DNA of 64,000 nt from an uncultured Bacillota bacterium (GCA_949282275.1 CASDOO010000035.1:13625-77624); one strand, 5' to 3'; counted from the first letter of the stretch, positions 23,138 through 32,768 are shown. Numbers and translations: made by a program. The notes: generated from the sequence alone by a model not told the origin.

Positions 23138-24415
23138 ATGCCGGATTTTGCATCGGAAGTTTTGGCCTTGAGACGTATTCTCGGCCAGAGGAAGACCTAT
23201 CGTGAGACGATCTTCCGCATCATCGCCATGGAGAAGATTTCGCCGTCTTCGGTCAAGGAACTGAAGAGGAACGTCTTTGCCGTCCTTCGGCGCTATTTCT
23301 CATTGTCTTTTGAAGTGGATTCCCTTTTCCCCAACTATGCCAAGGACAGCGACGAACGATATCTTGCCTTGGTGACGCTTTATCAATTGAGGCATCGCAA
23401 GGACATCGAAAAGGAGCAGGTCAAGTCCTGCTACTATTCGACTTACTTCTCGATGCGTCTTGCTGGGGATTGCGATGCTTCCTATGCCAAGCTGGAACAG
23501 GCTTCTTCAAAGCCCTTTGCCATACCCGAATCTTTGAAGAAGAAACCCTATACCTACAATTCCATCGTCCTGGAAATGCCAGACTTCCTTTTAAGGGATC
23601 TTGTCTTTGCCTATGGACCGCAGAAGACCAAGGAGATTGCCCTTTCCTTAAGGGAGATGCCTTCAGCCACCTTGGTCCGCAATCGTTTCCTTGCGGACAA
23701 GGAAGGAATCCCGGGAGCCAAGGAAATCCTTACGGACAAGGACACGCTCTACCTTCTTGGAAAGGAAACCGAAGGAAGGGAAAAGGAAGCCATCCGCAAA
23801 GGCACTTTCCATCCTCTGGAACTTCTCAAGGGCCTTGCCGCATCCGTCCTTCCGGACTTCTTCGTCGAGATGGATTGCCTCCTTCTTAACCAGAGGCTTC
23901 CCTTCTTCGCTTGCTATCTGGCTTCTTTATACAAGGACCTTCCGGGTCTGAGGATTGCCCCGGTCTTCTCCAAGGAGGAAAGCTATCGCGCGGCCATCGA
24001 CACGATCTGCACTCTCAAGGCCAAGGAGAAGATTCATCCGCTTCTATGCGAGAAGGACTTGGTCAAGACATACTTCCCCTATGATTCGATGGATGTCGTC
24101 GTCCAGCAGGGCACGGACATCGGTATCGGCAAGATCGGCATGCGTCCGGATATCCTCCCTGACCTCAAGGAAAAGGACATGGTGGATTCCTGCCATCGAC
24201 AGACGCAGGAACTTCTTGCCGCTTCCGACTTCGTCAAGAAGGATGGCTATCTTCTGTTCATCAATTCGGGCTTGACCATGATTGAGACAAGGGATGTCAA
24301 GGAATCCTTCCTATCCCTGCGAAAGAACTTCGCCTTCGTTTCCGATTCCCGCCTTCTTCCTGGCCAGTATCGGACGGAGGGCGGCTACTATTGCCTATTC
24401 AGGAGGGAAAGATGA
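23138..24415 (+). CDS. RsmB/Sun-like protein with degenerate methyltransferase motifs (probable pseudoenzyme)
   Basis: 425 aa. It aligns by eye with RsmB across the NusB-like N-terminus and the MTase fold. However, CAAPGGKT is replaced by 'NQRLPFFA', DAPCSxxG by 'VQQGTDIG', and ATCS by 'INSGL'. It sits in the conserved position upstream of rlmN. Confidence 0.75.
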   Translation: MPDFASEVLALRRILGQRKTYRETIFRIIAMEKISPSSVKELKRNVFAVLRRYFSLSFEVDSLFPNYAKDSDERYLALVTLYQLRHRKDIEKEQVKSCYYSTYFSMRLAGDCDASYAKLEQASSKPFAIPESLKKKPYTYNSIVLEMPDFLLRDLVFAYGPQKTKEIALSLREMPSATLVRNRFLADKEGIPGAKEILTDKDTLYLLGKETEGREKEAIRKGTFHPLELLKGLAASVLPDFFVEMDCLLLNQRLPFFACYLASLYKDLPGLRIAPVFSKEESYRAAIDTICTLKAKEKIHPLLCEKDLVKTYFPYDSMDVVVQQGTDIGIGKIGMRPDILPDLKEKDMVDSCHRQTQELLAASDFVKKDGYLLFINSGLTMIETRDVKESFLSLRKNFAFVSDSRLLPGQYRTEGGYYCLFRRER

Positions 24416-25455
24416 AGAGCATATACAGTTTCTCCTATCCGGAGCTTGAGAGCGAAATGCTCGCCCTCGGACAGTCCAAGTTCCGCGCCAAGCAGATCTA
24501 TGCCTGGCTCTACAAGAGGGATGTCACGTCCTTCGACGAGATGACGGACATCTCCAAGGCCTTCCGGGAAGAGCTGAAGTCCCGCTATGACTTCTACGTT
24601 CCCGAATGCACCGTCCGTCAGGAATCCAAGGACGGGACGGTCAAGAGCCTTTTCAGGATGCGCGATGGGGAAGAGGTCGAAAGTGTCCTCATGCACTATG
24701 TCTATGGCTATGCCGTCTGTGTCTCCAGCCAGGTCGGCTGCAACATGGGCTGTGCCTTCTGCGCCTCGGGCCTTCTCAAGAAGAAGCGAAACCTCACGGC
24801 TGAGGAAATGCTCGGCCAGGTCCTTTCCTATGACCGCTATCTGAAGGCGAAGGACGAGAACCTCCGCGTCAGCCACGTGGTCGTGATGGGAACGGGCGAA
24901 CCCTTCGACAACTACGACAACGTCATCTCCTTCATCCGAAACGTCAATTCGCCTTTCGGCTTGGATATCGGTGCCCGTCATATCACCGTCTCGACCTGCG
25001 GCGTCGTGCCGGGAATACTCCGCTATGGAAAGGAAGGCCTCCAGGTCAACCTTGCCATCTCCCTCCATGCCCCCGACAACGAAAGAAGAAACAGGATCAT
25101 GCCGATAAACAAGGCCTATCCCTTGGAGGAGCTCATTCCTGCCGTCATCCAGTACTACAAGGATTCCGGCGGAAGAAGGTGCACCTTCGAGTATGTCATG
25201 ATCAAGGACTTCAACGATTCCATCGCCGATGCCAAGAAGCTCTACGATCTCATCTATCCGACCCACGGCTTCGTCAACCTCATCCCCCTCAATCCCGTCA
25301 AGGAGAAGGGACTGCTTAGAAGCGAGGACGAGAAGATCGATGCCTTCCATCGCTACCTCCTCTCCAAGGGCATCAAGTCGACGATTCGCAAGGAATTCGG
25401 AAGCGACATCGATGCCGCCTGCGGACAACTGAGGGCCAAGTATGCAAGAAAATGA
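24412..25455 (+). CDS. rlmN: 23S rRNA / tRNA (adenine-C2)-methyltransferase, radical SAM
   Basis: 'CNMGCAFCASG' radical-SAM cluster motif. Start at ATG 24412 (MKSIYSF...) after aggaggg. ATGA overlap with the upstream gene. Confidence 0.95.
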   Translation: MKSIYSFSYPELESEMLALGQSKFRAKQIYAWLYKRDVTSFDEMTDISKAFREELKSRYDFYVPECTVRQESKDGTVKSLFRMRDGEEVESVLMHYVYGYAVCVSSQVGCNMGCAFCASGLLKKKRNLTAEEMLGQVLSYDRYLKAKDENLRVSHVVVMGTGEPFDNYDNVISFIRNVNSPFGLDIGARHITVSTCGVVPGILRYGKEGLQVNLAISLHAPDNERRNRIMPINKAYPLEELIPAVIQYYKDSGGRRCTFEYVMIKDFNDSIADAKKLYDLIYPTHGFVNLIPLNPVKEKGLLRSEDEKIDAFHRYLLSKGIKSTIRKEFGSDIDAACGQLRAKYARK

Positions 25456-26197
25456 GAAAAGACGCCGGTTCTCCTGCCTGAGCGACATCGGGACCGCCAG
25501 GAAGAACAACGAGGATGCCGCCTATGCCGCCAATAGCCAGTACGGCGCCCTTTTGGTCGTTGCCGACGGAATGGGCGGACACAGGAAGGGCGAGATGGCA
25601 AGCAAGATCGTCGTCGACGAGCTTTCCATCGACTTTGCCGCCTCCAGGCGTGCCTTCGGACCCGAACGGGCATTGAAGTTCCTCCGCAAGGGGCTGAAGA
25701 AGGCCAACAAGAGAATCTACAAGCTCTCCCTTTCCGGGGATGACTACAAGGAGATGGGGACGACGGCCGTCTGCGCCTTCATCACGCCGGAGAAGACGAT
25801 CGTCTGCAATATCGGCGACAGTCGCTGCTATACCTACTCCAGGAAGAAAGGCCTTGTCCGCATCACGACCGACCAGACCTATGTCGAGCTCCTCTTCGAG
25901 ACGGGCAAGATCACCAAGAGCGAGATGAAGACCCATCCCCAAAGGAACCTTCTCATCAATGCCGTCGGCATCAATCCCGACCTCAACGAAATCCAGGAGA
26001 GGACGGTCGCCAATGCCGACTACGACATCCTCCTTCTTTGTTCCGATGGCCTCTACAATGCCGTCTCCGAGGAGAAGATCGCCGAGATCCTTTCATCCTT
26101 CGAGGAGGCGCCGACTCTGAGCCATAGGCTCATCCAGGAAGCCTTGGCCAACAAGGGCACGGACAACATCGCCGTTTCCCTTTGGGAGAACATCTAA
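25442..26197 (+). CDS. prpC: PP2C-family Ser/Thr phosphatase
   Basis: 'RKNNEDA', 'VADGMGGH', 'LLCSDGL'. 251 aa, immediately upstream of the kinase gene. Confidence 0.9.
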   Translation: MQENEKRRRFSCLSDIGTARKNNEDAAYAANSQYGALLVVADGMGGHRKGEMASKIVVDELSIDFAASRRAFGPERALKFLRKGLKKANKRIYKLSLSGDDYKEMGTTAVCAFITPEKTIVCNIGDSRCYTYSRKKGLVRITTDQTYVELLFETGKITKSEMKTHPQRNLLINAVGINPDLNEIQERTVANADYDILLLCSDGLYNAVSEEKIAEILSSFEEAPTLSHRLIQEALANKGTDNIAVSLWENI

Positions 26198-27178
26198 ATG
26201 GACGAGCACGATAGGACAAACGAGATCGTCGACGACCGCTACAAGATCCTATGCCAATTGGGATCGGGCGGCATGGCCATCGTCTACAAGGCCCACGACC
26301 TCATCACCGACAAGGACGTCGCCCTGAAGATGATGCGCCGGGAAACGGCGGCCGACAAGGCAAACCTCGCCCGTTTCGAGCGGGAAGCCAGGGCCGCGGC
26401 AAGTCTCAACCACCAGAACATCGTCAAGGTCCTCAACGTCGGTTCCTATCGCGGCCTTCCCTACATCGTCAACGAGTTCGTCAACGGACAGACCTTGAAG
26501 GAAATCCTCGACGTCCGCGGGAAGTTCTCCTTCCTCGAGGCCTGCGACATCATGTACCAGCTCTGCTCCGCCGTCATGTATGCCCATCAGCATGGCGTCA
26601 TCCACCGGGACATCAAGCCGCAGAACATCTATCTGACGAAGGACGGGACGATCAAGCTTGGCGACTTTGGCATCGCCATCTTCCAGAATGCCAGCCACGT
26701 CACCCAGAAGCAGGTCGTCATCGGCTCGGTCCACTATCTTGCCCCGGAGGTCGGACAGGGCAATCCCGCCACGGAAAGAAGCGACATCTATTCGATGGGC
26801 ATCACCTTCTTCGAATTGATTACCTCACGTGTTCCCTTCGATAGCGCCAGCAACCTCACCGTCGCCGTGATGCACATCAAGGAGAAGTTCCCCTCCATCA
26901 AGAAGTTCAACCCGAAGACGCCACCCTGCATCGAGCAGATCATATACAAATGCTGCGAGAAGGAACCGATGGACCGCTACAATTCCGTCGAGGAACTGCG
27001 CCGGGAAATCGAGAAGATCCTGAAGAACCCTTCCCTTCTGGAACGGAAGGCCGGTCTTTTCTATCGTCTCTTCCACCGCAGCTCCCTTGTCGACTACGAG
27101 GAGAAGAAGGACATCCGCGCCAAGAAGAAGGCCCTGAAGAAGGCCGCCAGGGAAGTCCGAAAGAACAAGGATGCCTAG
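26198..27178 (+). CDS. Hanks-type Ser/Thr protein kinase lacking a TM segment and PASTA domains
   Basis: 'GSGGMAIVYKA', 'VALK', 'HRDIKPQNI', 'DFGIA', 'APE'. Only 326 aa, ending in a Lys/Arg-rich tail. Confidence 0.9.
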   Translation: MDEHDRTNEIVDDRYKILCQLGSGGMAIVYKAHDLITDKDVALKMMRRETAADKANLARFEREARAAASLNHQNIVKVLNVGSYRGLPYIVNEFVNGQTLKEILDVRGKFSFLEACDIMYQLCSAVMYAHQHGVIHRDIKPQNIYLTKDGTIKLGDFGIAIFQNASHVTQKQVVIGSVHYLAPEVGQGNPATERSDIYSMGITFFELITSRVPFDSASNLTVAVMHIKEKFPSIKKFNPKTPPCIEQIIYKCCEKEPMDRYNSVEELRREIEKILKNPSLLERKAGLFYRLFHRSSLVDYEEKKDIRAKKKALKKAAREVRKNKDA

Positions 27179-28064
27179 ATACCTGGTCCTTTCTTCCTCC
27201 TCGCAAGGCTATGCCCTCCTTCCGGAAGAGGCCGGCGAGCTTTTGCTGAGCCACAAGCGCGGCAAGGTCACCTATCGGGACGAGGGCATCGTCATCGGCG
27301 ATGTCGTCGAGCTGGACAAGGACGGCTTCATCAGCAAGATCCTTCCTAGGAAGAGCTATCTGCCTCGGCCCCGGCTAGCCAACGCCGACGAGGTCCTTGT
27401 CATCTGCTCCCTGAAGAAACCATCCTTTTCCTCCTATCTCCTCGACAAGTTCCTTTCCATGGTCAACTTCTGCGGCATCCATGCGGCCATCCTGGTCAAC
27501 AAGTGCGACCTCGCAAGCAAAGCGGAATTGAAAGAGGCAAGGGAAAACCTTTCCTACTATGAAAGACTTGGCTATCCCGTTTTCTTCCTGTCTTCCGTTG
27601 ATACGACGCTTTTCGACTATCCGAAACTGGAAGCCTATCTCGGAAAGAAGAAGGTCGCCTTCATGGGTCAGACGGGCGTCGGGAAGTCGACGCTCCTCAA
27701 TACCTTGGACCCGACGTTGAAAAGACGGGTCGATGCGCTCTATCCTGATGTCGACAGGGGAAGGCATACGACAAAGGAGACGGTCCTCATTCCCTTTCGG
27801 GAGGGCTATCTCTATGACACGCCGGGCTTCTCCGACTTCCAGATCGTCGACATGAACGTGGTGGAGCTGGCGACGTTCTTCCCGGGATTCGAGTCCCTCT
27901 TCCAGGACTGTCCGTTCGTCGACTGCCTGCATCTTTCCTCTTCCAAGAACTGCGCCATCGTCAAGGCCGTCGCGGAAGGAAGGATTCCCAAATGGTGCTA
28001 CGAGGACTATTGCAAGATACACGAGGAAGTAAAGGAGGCAAGCAAATGGAAAAAGAGGCGCTGA
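27171..28064 (+). CDS. rsgA: Ribosome small-subunit-dependent GTPase A
   Basis: Circularly permuted GTPase with 'NKCDL' before 'GQTGVGKSTLLN'. C-terminal zinc-knuckle 'CPFVDCLHLSSSKNC'. Confidence 0.9.
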   Translation: MPRYLVLSSSSQGYALLPEEAGELLLSHKRGKVTYRDEGIVIGDVVELDKDGFISKILPRKSYLPRPRLANADEVLVICSLKKPSFSSYLLDKFLSMVNFCGIHAAILVNKCDLASKAELKEARENLSYYERLGYPVFFLSSVDTTLFDYPKLEAYLGKKKVAFMGQTGVGKSTLLNTLDPTLKRRVDALYPDVDRGRHTTKETVLIPFREGYLYDTPGFSDFQIVDMNVVELATFFPGFESLFQDCPFVDCLHLSSSKNCAIVKAVAEGRIPKWCYEDYCKIHEEVKEASKWKKRR

Positions 28065-28735
28065 TCCGTCCGAGCCTTCTGGCGGCGGACTTCCTGCACC
28101 TGAAGAAGGACATGGATGGCCTTGTCCGGTCGAAGACAAGGTTCGTCCACTTCGACGTCATGGACGGCAACTTCGTCGAGGACATCTCCTTCGGCGAGCA
28201 TCTTTTCCTTCCCCTCTTCGAAAGATACCACAAAAAGATCGGCTTCGACGTCCATCTGATGGTCCAGAATCCCCTTCGCCATCTGGAACGCTTCTATGCC
28301 CTTGGGGCAAGGGAGATCTCGGTCCACTACGAGACGATCTCCGACTGTCTTCCCGCGCTCGAACGCTTCAAGAGGGCGCACGAGGATCTCCGTCTTGGCA
28401 TTGCCTTCTCGCCGGAGACGAAGACGAGTTTGGTGATGCCGCTTCAGTCCTTGGCGGACTTCTTCCTTGTCATGTCCGTCGTCCCGGGAAAGGGCGGACA
28501 GAGCTTCATTCCCGAATCCCTGGAGAAGATCGCAATGCTTGACTACTTCCGCAAGAGCAACGCCCTCTCCTTCGAGATCATGGTCGATGGCGGCATCAAC
28601 GAAAGGACCGGTCGGGAATGCCTTCGCAAGGGGGCGGACATCCTCATCGCCGGGTCGAGCTATTTCAGGAGCGAGGACAAGGAAGCCTTCGTCGACTCTC
28701 TCCATCGAAGCCTTGCCGATGGTACAATAGAGTAA
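28046..28735 (+). CDS. rpe: Ribulose-phosphate 3-epimerase
   Basis: 'IRPSLLAADF', 'HFDVMDGNFV', 'DVHLMV', 'MSVVPGKGGQSF', 'VDGGIN'. ATG 28046 follows aaggagg. Confidence 0.9.
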   Translation: MEKEALIRPSLLAADFLHLKKDMDGLVRSKTRFVHFDVMDGNFVEDISFGEHLFLPLFERYHKKIGFDVHLMVQNPLRHLERFYALGAREISVHYETISDCLPALERFKRAHEDLRLGIAFSPETKTSLVMPLQSLADFFLVMSVVPGKGGQSFIPESLEKIAMLDYFRKSNALSFEIMVDGGINERTGRECLRKGADILIAGSSYFRSEDKEAFVDSLHRSLADGTIE

Positions 28736-28765
28736 ATCCGCCTGGATATATCGAGGAAAGACAGC

Positions 28766-29461
28766 ATGGAACAGTTTCTCCCCTGGGCAAGCGGCCTCCT
28801 GGTTGCCAGTTTCGCCCTTGCCATTGCCTACTTCGTCCTTCTTGCCTACGGCAATTCGCTTTTGCTGAAGGAGGAAAGGAACCATTTCCGCAACTCCTTT
28901 CCCTATGAGTTCTACAAGGACCTCCCCCTCTCCTATCGCCTTCTCCTCTATGGCGTCCTTGCCCTGGACATCCTTTCCCTTGCCTTGGGCATGGCCTTCT
29001 TCTTCCTCTACCTGGATTCGACCTATGCCCTGGCAATCCTCTTCTTCCTTGTCGTCTCCGCCTTTGCCATGCTGATTTCCAACATCCTGCCCCTGAGCCA
29101 CTACAAGGGCCACATCATTGCTGCCTTGTGCGGCTTTGCCTTCTTCTCCCTGGGATCGATCCTCTTTGCCTTCATCACCCTCATTCCCGGGGGATTGATC
29201 CTGCAAAGCCACATGTCCGTCCCCATCGTCGTCCTTGTCGGCGTTCTGGGCTTCCTTTCCTTCTTTGCCCTCTTCAACCCGAAGCTGAAGAACTGGGCCA
29301 GGCTTGACAGGACGGAGGAAAACGGGGCGACCTACTACGTCAAGCCGAAGGTCAACTTCCTCTCCCTCTACGAATGGATCTATTTGGCCTTGTTGAACCT
29401 GACGGGCTTCCTTCTCTTCCTCGACATCATCGTCACCCAAGGCGTGACCTATACGCTCTAG
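28766..29461 (+). CDS. Hypothetical multi-pass membrane protein (231 aa)
   Basis: About seven hydrophobic segments and RBS gaggaaag. It occupies the slot downstream of rpe. Confidence 0.65.
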   Translation: MEQFLPWASGLLVASFALAIAYFVLLAYGNSLLLKEERNHFRNSFPYEFYKDLPLSYRLLLYGVLALDILSLALGMAFFFLYLDSTYALAILFFLVVSAFAMLISNILPLSHYKGHIIAALCGFAFFSLGSILFAFITLIPGGLILQSHMSVPIVVLVGVLGFLSFFALFNPKLKNWARLDRTEENGATYYVKPKVNFLSLYEWIYLALLNLTGFLLFLDIIVTQGVTYTL

Positions 29462-29467
29462 ACAAAC

Positions 29468-29495
29468 AAAAAGAGGGTAGCCCCCCTCTTTTTTT
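29468..29495 (+). terminator. Rho-independent terminator
   Basis: aagaggg-tagccc-ccctctt followed by ttttt. Confidence 0.75.
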
Positions 29496-29500
29496 CGATG

Positions 29501-29527
29501 CAAACGAAAAGCCCCTTGGAAGGGGCT
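29501..29527 (-). terminator. Rho-independent terminator for rpmB
   Basis: Minus strand reads gcccc-ttccaa-ggggc followed by ttttcgtttg. Confidence 0.7.
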
Positions 29528-29538
29528 CGTTTTGGCGC

Positions 29539-29769
29539 TTAGGCGGCAGTGGCTTCGGCAGCGGCCTTCTTCGCCTCAGCCTTCTTGGCGTTCTTGCGAA
29601 GCGTCCTCATGGCCGAAGTGGAGATGCGGACACGGGTCTTCTTGCCATCGACGATGATGGTGGTGTTCTGCAGGTTGACGTTCCATCTCCTGCGGGTATG
29701 TCTCATCGAGTGGGAGACATTGCTTCCGGACATCGGTCCCTTGCCAGTGAGCGGGCACTTTCTTGACAT
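29539..29769 (-). CDS. rpmB: 50S ribosomal protein L28
   Basis: 'MSRKCPLTGKGPMSGSNVSHSMRHTRRRWNVNLQ'. ATG 29769 follows aaggagg. The Ala/Lys-rich C-terminal tail is unusual but in frame. Confidence 0.95.
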   Translation of the reverse strand: MSRKCPLTGKGPMSGSNVSHSMRHTRRRWNVNLQNTTIIVDGKKTRVRISTSAMRTLRKNAKKAEAKKAAAEATAA

Positions 29770-30024
29770 CTCTCTATCCTCCTTCAAATTATATGCATGC
29801 GCCTGAAAAAACGTGCTCGATAAAGATAACATAGAATGCGGATGGATTCAAGCTCTTTCGTTTCTTGGCTTCCGTTTATAAATATGATAAGGCATAGGCC
29901 CAAAGGAAAGAACGGCTTGGAACGTGTCGGATTCCAGAGAGGACGGACGTGAATCCGTCAAATGGAAAGTGTGCAACGAATAAAGGGAATGAAAGCGTTA
30001 ATGAACGAGCAAATGAGCAAAAAA

Positions 30025-30061
30025 TGAGCATTCAAGCATTTTAACATGCAAAAAATGCTCA
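30025..30061. promoter_or_regulatory. Operator-like inverted repeats upstream of the adhE promoter
   Basis: tgagcatt (30025-30032) / aatgctca (30054-30061), with nested agcatttt / aaaatgct. Tandem aaatgagcaa / aaaatgagca copies at 30011-30030. Confidence 0.3.
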
Positions 30062-30078
30062 AAACCTGCATAAAACGA

Positions 30079-30107
30079 TTTACAAACATGAGCAATCTAC
30101 CTATAAT
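30079..30107 (+). promoter_or_regulatory. Sigma-A promoter of adhE
   Basis: TTTACA (30079-30084), a 17-nt spacer, then TATAAT (30102-30107). RBS ggagg at 30121. Confidence 0.55.
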
Positions 30108-30134
30108 GTTGCCGTTAATAGGAGGTTTTCTCAC

Positions 30135-32768
30135 ATGGACGAGAACCAGAAACTGAAGGCTAGTCAAGACCTCGCCGAACTGATCGAGCGCGTCAGGAAG
30201 GCCCAGCAGGTCTACGCCACTTTCCCGCAGGAAAAGGTCGATGCCATCTTCAAGGCAGCCGCCATTGCCGCCAACAAGGAGCGTATTCCCCTTGCCAAGG
30301 AAGCCGTTGCCGAGACGGGCATGGGCGTCATCGAGGACAAGGTCATCAAGAACCATTTCGCCAGCGAATATATCTACAATGCCTATAAGGATGCCAAGAC
30401 CTGTGGCGTCATCGAGGACAACGAGGACATGGGCTATGAGAGAATTGCCGAGCCTCTGGGTGTCCTTGCCGGCATCGTCCCGACGACGAACCCGACCGCC
30501 ACGGCCATCTTCAAGTCGCTTCTCGCCCTGAAGACCCGCAACGGCATCATCTTCTCGCCCCATCCGAGAGCCAAGGGCTGCACGATCCACGCCGCCAAGG
30601 TCGTTCTCGACGCTGCCGTCAAGGCCGGCGCCCCGGAGGACATCATCGCCTGGATCGAGACGCCTTCCATCGAGCTTTCCAACCAGCTCATGAAGTCCTG
30701 CGACTGCATCCTTGCCACGGGCGGCCCGGGCATGGTCACGGCTGCTTATTCTTCCGGCAAGCCCGCGATCGGCGTCGGACCTGGCAATGCCCCGACCATC
30801 ATCGACACGACGGCCGACATCAAGATGGCCGTCAGCTCCATCATCCACTCCAAGACGTTCGACAACGGCATGATCTGCGCTTCCGAGCAGTCCGTCATCG
30901 CCCTGAAGGATGTCTATGATGCCGTCAAGGAGGAATTCGCCTACAGGGGTTGCTACTTCCTCAAGCACGACGAGCTCAACAAGGTCCGCAAGACCGTCAT
31001 CATCAATGGCGCCGTCAATGCCAAGATCGTCGGCCAGAAGGCCGCGACGATTGCCCGCATGGCCGGTGTCGAGGTTCCCGAGGACACGAAGATCCTCATC
31101 GGCGAAGTCGAGAAGACCGACAAGAGCGAGGAATTCGCCCACGAGAAGCTCTCTCCCGTCCTTGCCCTCTACAAGGCCGAGGATTTCGAGGATGCCCTGA
31201 ACAAGGCCGATCAGCTCGTCAAGGACGGCGGCTATGGCCACACGGCCGACCTCTATGCCGACGAGAGGCTTGGCAAGGCACACATCGACGAATTCGCCCT
31301 CCGCATGAAGGCCTGCCGTATCCTTATCAATACGCCTTCCTCCCTGGGTGGCATCGGCGATCTCTACAACTTCATGCTCCTTCCTTCCCTGACCCTCGGC
31401 TGCGGTTCCTGGGGCGGCAACTCCGTCTCCGAGAACGTCGGAATCAAGCAGCTTTTGAACGTCAAGACGGTTGCAAAAAGGAGAGAGAACATGCTTTGGT
31501 TCAGAACGCCCAGCAAGATCTTCTTCAAGCCTGGCTGCCTCAGCAAGGCCCTGGAGGAGCTTCATACGGTCTATGAGAGGAAGAGAGTCCTCATCGTCAC
31601 CGATTCCTTCCTTGCCGAAAGCGGCTTCGCCAAGAAGCTGACCGACATCCTGGATGGCTTTGGCATCATGACCGAGGTCTTCTCCGATGTCGCTCCCGAT
31701 CCGACCCTTGCCTGTGCCGAGGAAGGTGCCAGCCTCTGCCGCTCCTTCAAGCCGGACTGCATCATCGCCCTCGGCGGCGGTTCCCCGATGGATGCCGCAA
31801 AGATCATGTGGGTCCTCTACGAGCATCCCGAGGCCGACTTCTCCGACATGGCCATGGACTTCGTCGACATCCGCAAGAGAATCGTTCGCTTCCCGAAGAT
31901 GGGCACGAAGGCGATGCTCGTCTGCGTCCCGACCACGGCCGGAACGGGATCGGAGGTCACGCCTTTTGCCATCATCACCGACCAGAGGGACGGAACGAAG
32001 TACCCGATCACCGACTACGAGCTCCTTCCCAACATGGCCATCATCGACAGCGACCTCATGCTCAACATCCCCAAGGGCCTGACCAGGGCTTCGGGTATCG
32101 ACGCCCTCACCCACTGCATGGAGGCCTATGCTTCCATGTATGCCACCTCCTTCACCGATGGCCTTGCCAAGGAAGCCATCAAGGAAATCTTCGAATACCT
32201 GCCTAGGGCCTACCACAACCTCGGAAACGATCCGGAGGCCAGGGAACACATGGCCCATGCCGCCACGATCGCCGGTATCGCCTTCGCAAACGCCTTCCTC
32301 GGAATCGACCACTCCCTCGGACACAAGCTCGGTGCCTATCATCACCTCCCCCACGGCGTCTGCGTCTCCCTCATGCTCAACGAGGTCATGAAGTTCAATT
32401 CCGGCGAGGTCCCGACGAAGATGGGAACCTTCCCGCAGTACAAGTATCCGCACACGCTGAGAAGGTATGCCGAGATTGCCGAAATGCTCGGACTGACCGG
32501 AAAGAGCGACGAGGAGAAGCTGAAGAAGCTGCTCGACAAGGTCGTCGCCCTCAAGAAGGACATCGAGCTTCCTCTTACCATCAAGGAAGCCGGCGTCGAC
32601 GAAGGCAAGTTCCTCGAGAGTCTCGACGAGATGAGCGAGGCCGCCTTCAACGACCAGTGCACGGGAGCCAACCCGAGATATCCCCTTATCTCCGAAATGA
32701 AGGATCTCTATCTGAGAGCCTATTACGGAGAAAAGGAATATAATAAGAAGTACGGTAAGAAGAACTAA
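30135..32768 (+). CDS. adhE: Bifunctional acetaldehyde-CoA / alcohol dehydrogenase
   Basis: 877 aa. N-terminal ALDH-like half ('IAEPLGVLAGIVPTTNPT') and C-terminal Fe-ADH half ('ALGGGSPMDAAK', 'HSLGHKLG'). Confidence 0.95.
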   Translation: MDENQKLKASQDLAELIERVRKAQQVYATFPQEKVDAIFKAAAIAANKERIPLAKEAVAETGMGVIEDKVIKNHFASEYIYNAYKDAKTCGVIEDNEDMGYERIAEPLGVLAGIVPTTNPTATAIFKSLLALKTRNGIIFSPHPRAKGCTIHAAKVVLDAAVKAGAPEDIIAWIETPSIELSNQLMKSCDCILATGGPGMVTAAYSSGKPAIGVGPGNAPTIIDTTADIKMAVSSIIHSKTFDNGMICASEQSVIALKDVYDAVKEEFAYRGCYFLKHDELNKVRKTVIINGAVNAKIVGQKAATIARMAGVEVPEDTKILIGEVEKTDKSEEFAHEKLSPVLALYKAEDFEDALNKADQLVKDGGYGHTADLYADERLGKAHIDEFALRMKACRILINTPSSLGGIGDLYNFMLLPSLTLGCGSWGGNSVSENVGIKQLLNVKTVAKRRENMLWFRTPSKIFFKPGCLSKALEELHTVYERKRVLIVTDSFLAESGFAKKLTDILDGFGIMTEVFSDVAPDPTLACAEEGASLCRSFKPDCIIALGGGSPMDAAKIMWVLYEHPEADFSDMAMDFVDIRKRIVRFPKMGTKAMLVCVPTTAGTGSEVTPFAIITDQRDGTKYPITDYELLPNMAIIDSDLMLNIPKGLTRASGIDALTHCMEAYASMYATSFTDGLAKEAIKEIFEYLPRAYHNLGNDPEAREHMAHAATIAGIAFANAFLGIDHSLGHKLGAYHHLPHGVCVSLMLNEVMKFNSGEVPTKMGTFPQYKYPHTLRRYAEIAEMLGLTGKSDEEKLKKLLDKVVALKKDIELPLTIKEAGVDEGKFLESLDEMSEAAFNDQCTGANPRYPLISEMKDLYLRAYYGEKEYNKKYGKKN

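Noticed and set aside
30066-30084. cre-like or Rex-like site (tgcataaaacgatttaca) at the adhE promoter
   Set aside because: When the central CG is aligned, the flanking TG/CA positions of the cre consensus fail. No TTGTTAA/TTAACAA-type Rex half-sites are visible.
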